A DNA stretch of 64,000 nt from an uncultured bacterium (GTDB lineage: Bacteria > Chloroflexota > UBA5177 > JANWHV01): contig CAWHAE010000016.1 of NCBI GenBank assembly GCA_963827235.1, forward strand, positions 928,001-992,000, given 5' to 3'. The notes below the pieces were generated by a model, which was given only the letters and a program-made list of their open reading frames with translations, was not told the origin of the DNA and did no database searches. Positions 62,110-64,000 of this stretch are shown piece after piece. Made by a program: the position numbers and the translations under genes. How positions within the stretch are numbered: position 1 is the stretch's first letter; every line of letters begins with the position of its first letter.

Positions 62110-63375
62110 TCACGCTACGGGTTGTATGGTGCGCTGCTTGCGATAGGCGTGGGGTGCGACGCCGTAGGCGCGTTTGAAGACCGAGTAGAAGTGGTTGACG
62201 CTGCCGAATCCGACATCATAAGCAATCCACTCTACCGTGCGATCGGTGGTGATCAGCAACTCCGTTGCCGCCTGCAGACGCATCTCACCGATGAACTCGG
62301 TGAACCGCCGGCCGAAGACCTGGGCGAACAGGTGTGAGAAGTAATGCGGGTCGAGTCCAATCATGCTCGCCACCTCATGGACCGGCAGCTCACGCCGGAA
62401 GTTGTCCTGAATGTACTGACCAACTGCCGCCCATCGCTGGGCGGTAACTGTGTGCCGCGACGATGACTCGCGGACGATCAATGTCGGTGTCACCAGTGTT
62501 CTGCGGGCTGGGGACGTATCGCGGCCCCGGATTCGAGCCACGAGCTGCTCAACCGCCAAGCGCCCAAGATCCCGGCGATCGGTGTGCACCGTCGTGAGCG
62601 GCACTCCAGTCAGGCTGTGGGCCGGAGCATCGTCATAGCCAACAATAGCGAGATCATCGGGAATGCTCAGTCCAAGCTCCTGGGCGCATTCGACGACTTC
62701 GCTGGCCAGCCAATCGGCACAGACGAACAGCGCTCTAGGCCTGTGCGGCTGGCTGAGAAACCGTAGGATCTCGGGAATCCTTTCAGATCTGTTGATCTCG
62801 GCGAGACCGTACGGAACTTCAAGCGTCCACTGCTCATGAGGTGAGAGGCCGGATTGTCCCAGGGCGTCCTCATAGCCGCGGCGGCGCTCTCCCACGCACT
62901 GCATGGTCGTACGCAAGGTGACATGGCCAATCTGGCGATGCCCCAAGCTTATGAGATGCTGAGTGGCGAGCTGCGCACCGGCAAAATCGTCCATCCCGAC
63001 GAAATCAAGACCTTCGATAGGCTTCGGATCGAGAATCTGAATACACGGCCGGGCGCGCACGATCTGGGCGTATAACTCGAGGTTCTCCGGTGAGTGGTCC
63101 CACAGGAACGCCACCCCAGCAACGTCCGCCTGCTGGATTGCCTGGAGCAGTGACGATTCCCTCTCTGGCAAGCGATGAAAGTCAAGGCTGACCAAGCGAA
63201 ACCCAAGAGCCGCCGCGGTGCCGTTGGCACTGACAGTGATCTCTCCGGCTTGCCAGTGGGCGAGATCTTGAGCAACCAGGACGATGGTGGTCTCACGCTT
63301 GCGTTGCAAGACAGTAATCAGCCCGGCCGAAACTCGGGCTGCATCGCGGAAGCCCGCATCGCTTGAGGTCATCAT
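62110..63375 (-). CDS. Hybrid regulator: LacI-type sensor + C-terminal AraC HTH (XylR-like architecture)
   Basis: ATQHLISLGHRQIG, IPDDLAIVGYDD, L.VRES, then IAYDVGFGSVNHFYSVFKRAYGVAP; GGAGG RBS. Confidence 0.9.
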   Translation of the reverse strand: MMTSSDAGFRDAARVSAGLITVLQRKRETTIVLVAQDLAHWQAGEITVSANGTAAALGFRLVSLDFHRLPERESSLLQAIQQADVAGVAFLWDHSPENLELYAQIVRARPCIQILDPKPIEGLDFVGMDDFAGAQLATQHLISLGHRQIGHVTLRTTMQCVGERRRGYEDALGQSGLSPHEQWTLEVPYGLAEINRSERIPEILRFLSQPHRPRALFVCADWLASEVVECAQELGLSIPDDLAIVGYDDAPAHSLTGVPLTTVHTDRRDLGRLAVEQLVARIRGRDTSPARRTLVTPTLIVRESSSRHTVTAQRWAAVGQYIQDNFRRELPVHEVASMIGLDPHYFSHLFAQVFGRRFTEFIGEMRLQAATELLITTDRTVEWIAYDVGFGSVNHFYSVFKRAYGVAPHAYRKQRTIQPVA

Positions 63376-63549
63376 CGTCCCAACCTCCGTCGACAGTTCC
63401 AGACCGCCTCATCGGCCTCGCCGAGTCCCTCTTCGGGCACGAATCAACTCGTCGACCTCCGTCGCCCATCAGGCTATCGGCAACCGGGAGCAAGTCACTC
63501 GTCATGGCCTTCGTGAATAGGCAAGATCCTCATGAAGATGTCAACAGAT

Positions 63550-63570
63550 ATGAAATATAGAATATGATAT
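63550..63570 (-). promoter_or_regulatory. Heptad repeats ATATCAT-ATTCTAT-ATTTCAT upstream of the hybrid regulator
   Basis: AT-rich triple heptad resembling 48691-48711. Confidence 0.5.
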
Positions 63571-63724
63571 GCCCCGTAGGCTCCTATCGTAGAACACGTG
63601 GACTGGGATATCAAGCACTGCGATCATTTGGTGCTGGCGCCGGCGCGAGTTGGAGTCACCTGGTGTTCCGCGCGTCCGGCGACAGACGCGTGCAGCAGGC
63701 TTCCGGCAAACCCAGGCTTCGCGA

Positions 63725-64000
63725 CTAGATCGTGTGGGATCCACCAGCCCGCCCAGTCGCCGGTGGCACCGGCTCCAGCAAGCGATTCAGGCGCGCAACG
63801 GCTTCCAGCGCAAGAGCGGTCGGATCGCTCCAGGGCGTATCTGGGAACGTTTCGATCGAGACGCCGCCCACATACCCTGCCGCCGCGAGCGCATGAACGA
63901 AGGCAGAGATGTCGAGCACGCCGGTGCCCGGAAGGCACCGGCGGCCGGTCTCGGACGCCATATCGGCGACGTGGGCGATTCCCAGGCGCGACGACGGAAG
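63725..64000 (-). CDS. Sugar phosphate isomerase/epimerase (xylose-isomerase-like TIM barrel), C-terminal part
   Basis: AHVAD, RCLPGTGVLD, GY.G.VSIE; 5' end lies beyond the window. Confidence 0.85.
   Translation of the reverse strand, partial: LPSSRLGIAHVADMASETGRRCLPGTGVLDISAFVHALAAAGYVGGVSIETFPDTPWSDPTALALEAVARLNRLLEPVPPATGRAGGSHTI

Noticed and set aside
63293-63505. Frameshifted N-terminal LacI HTH for the hybrid regulator
   Set aside because: The upstream peptide has no HTH pattern, and a good GGAGG RBS precedes ATG 63375.
1-64000. CRISPR arrays, tRNA/rRNA, IS elements, prophage
   Set aside because: No regularly spaced repeats, RNA gene signatures, transposase, integrase or phage structural genes were seen.

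Overview
High-GC bacterial chromosomal window, probably Chloroflexota (inferred from a GAAC-N4-GTTC-type SOS box, a DUF6788-BTAD-ATPase fusion and Thr/Pro-rich secreted proteins). I saw no rRNA, tRNA, CRISPR array or intact transposase. 1-5.7 kb: cell-surface locus (two secreted TIM-barrel glycosidase-like proteins with inserted beta modules, plus DUF4012). 6-34.8 kb: accessory patchwork of gene remnants, TetR/CGNR-oxidoreductase modules with clear operators, ppa, a STAND-type regulator, an ABC-F, and a LexA-boxed three-gene cassette (full-length degenerate RecA paralog, inactive Y-family ImuB-like protein, stand-alone DUF6504) with no dnaE2 in the window. 34.9-64 kb: a ~29 kb carbohydrate/sugar-acid catabolic island with two ABC importers, a P450, three UroD/MtaA-family proteins (no corrinoid partner in the window), two enolase-family dehydratases, SDRs, a GH43-fold protein lacking its Glu motifs, and GntR and LacI/AraC-hybrid regulators. 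A repeated promoter/activator motif is readable directly in this island. All protein calls are motif recognition by eye, with no database searches.
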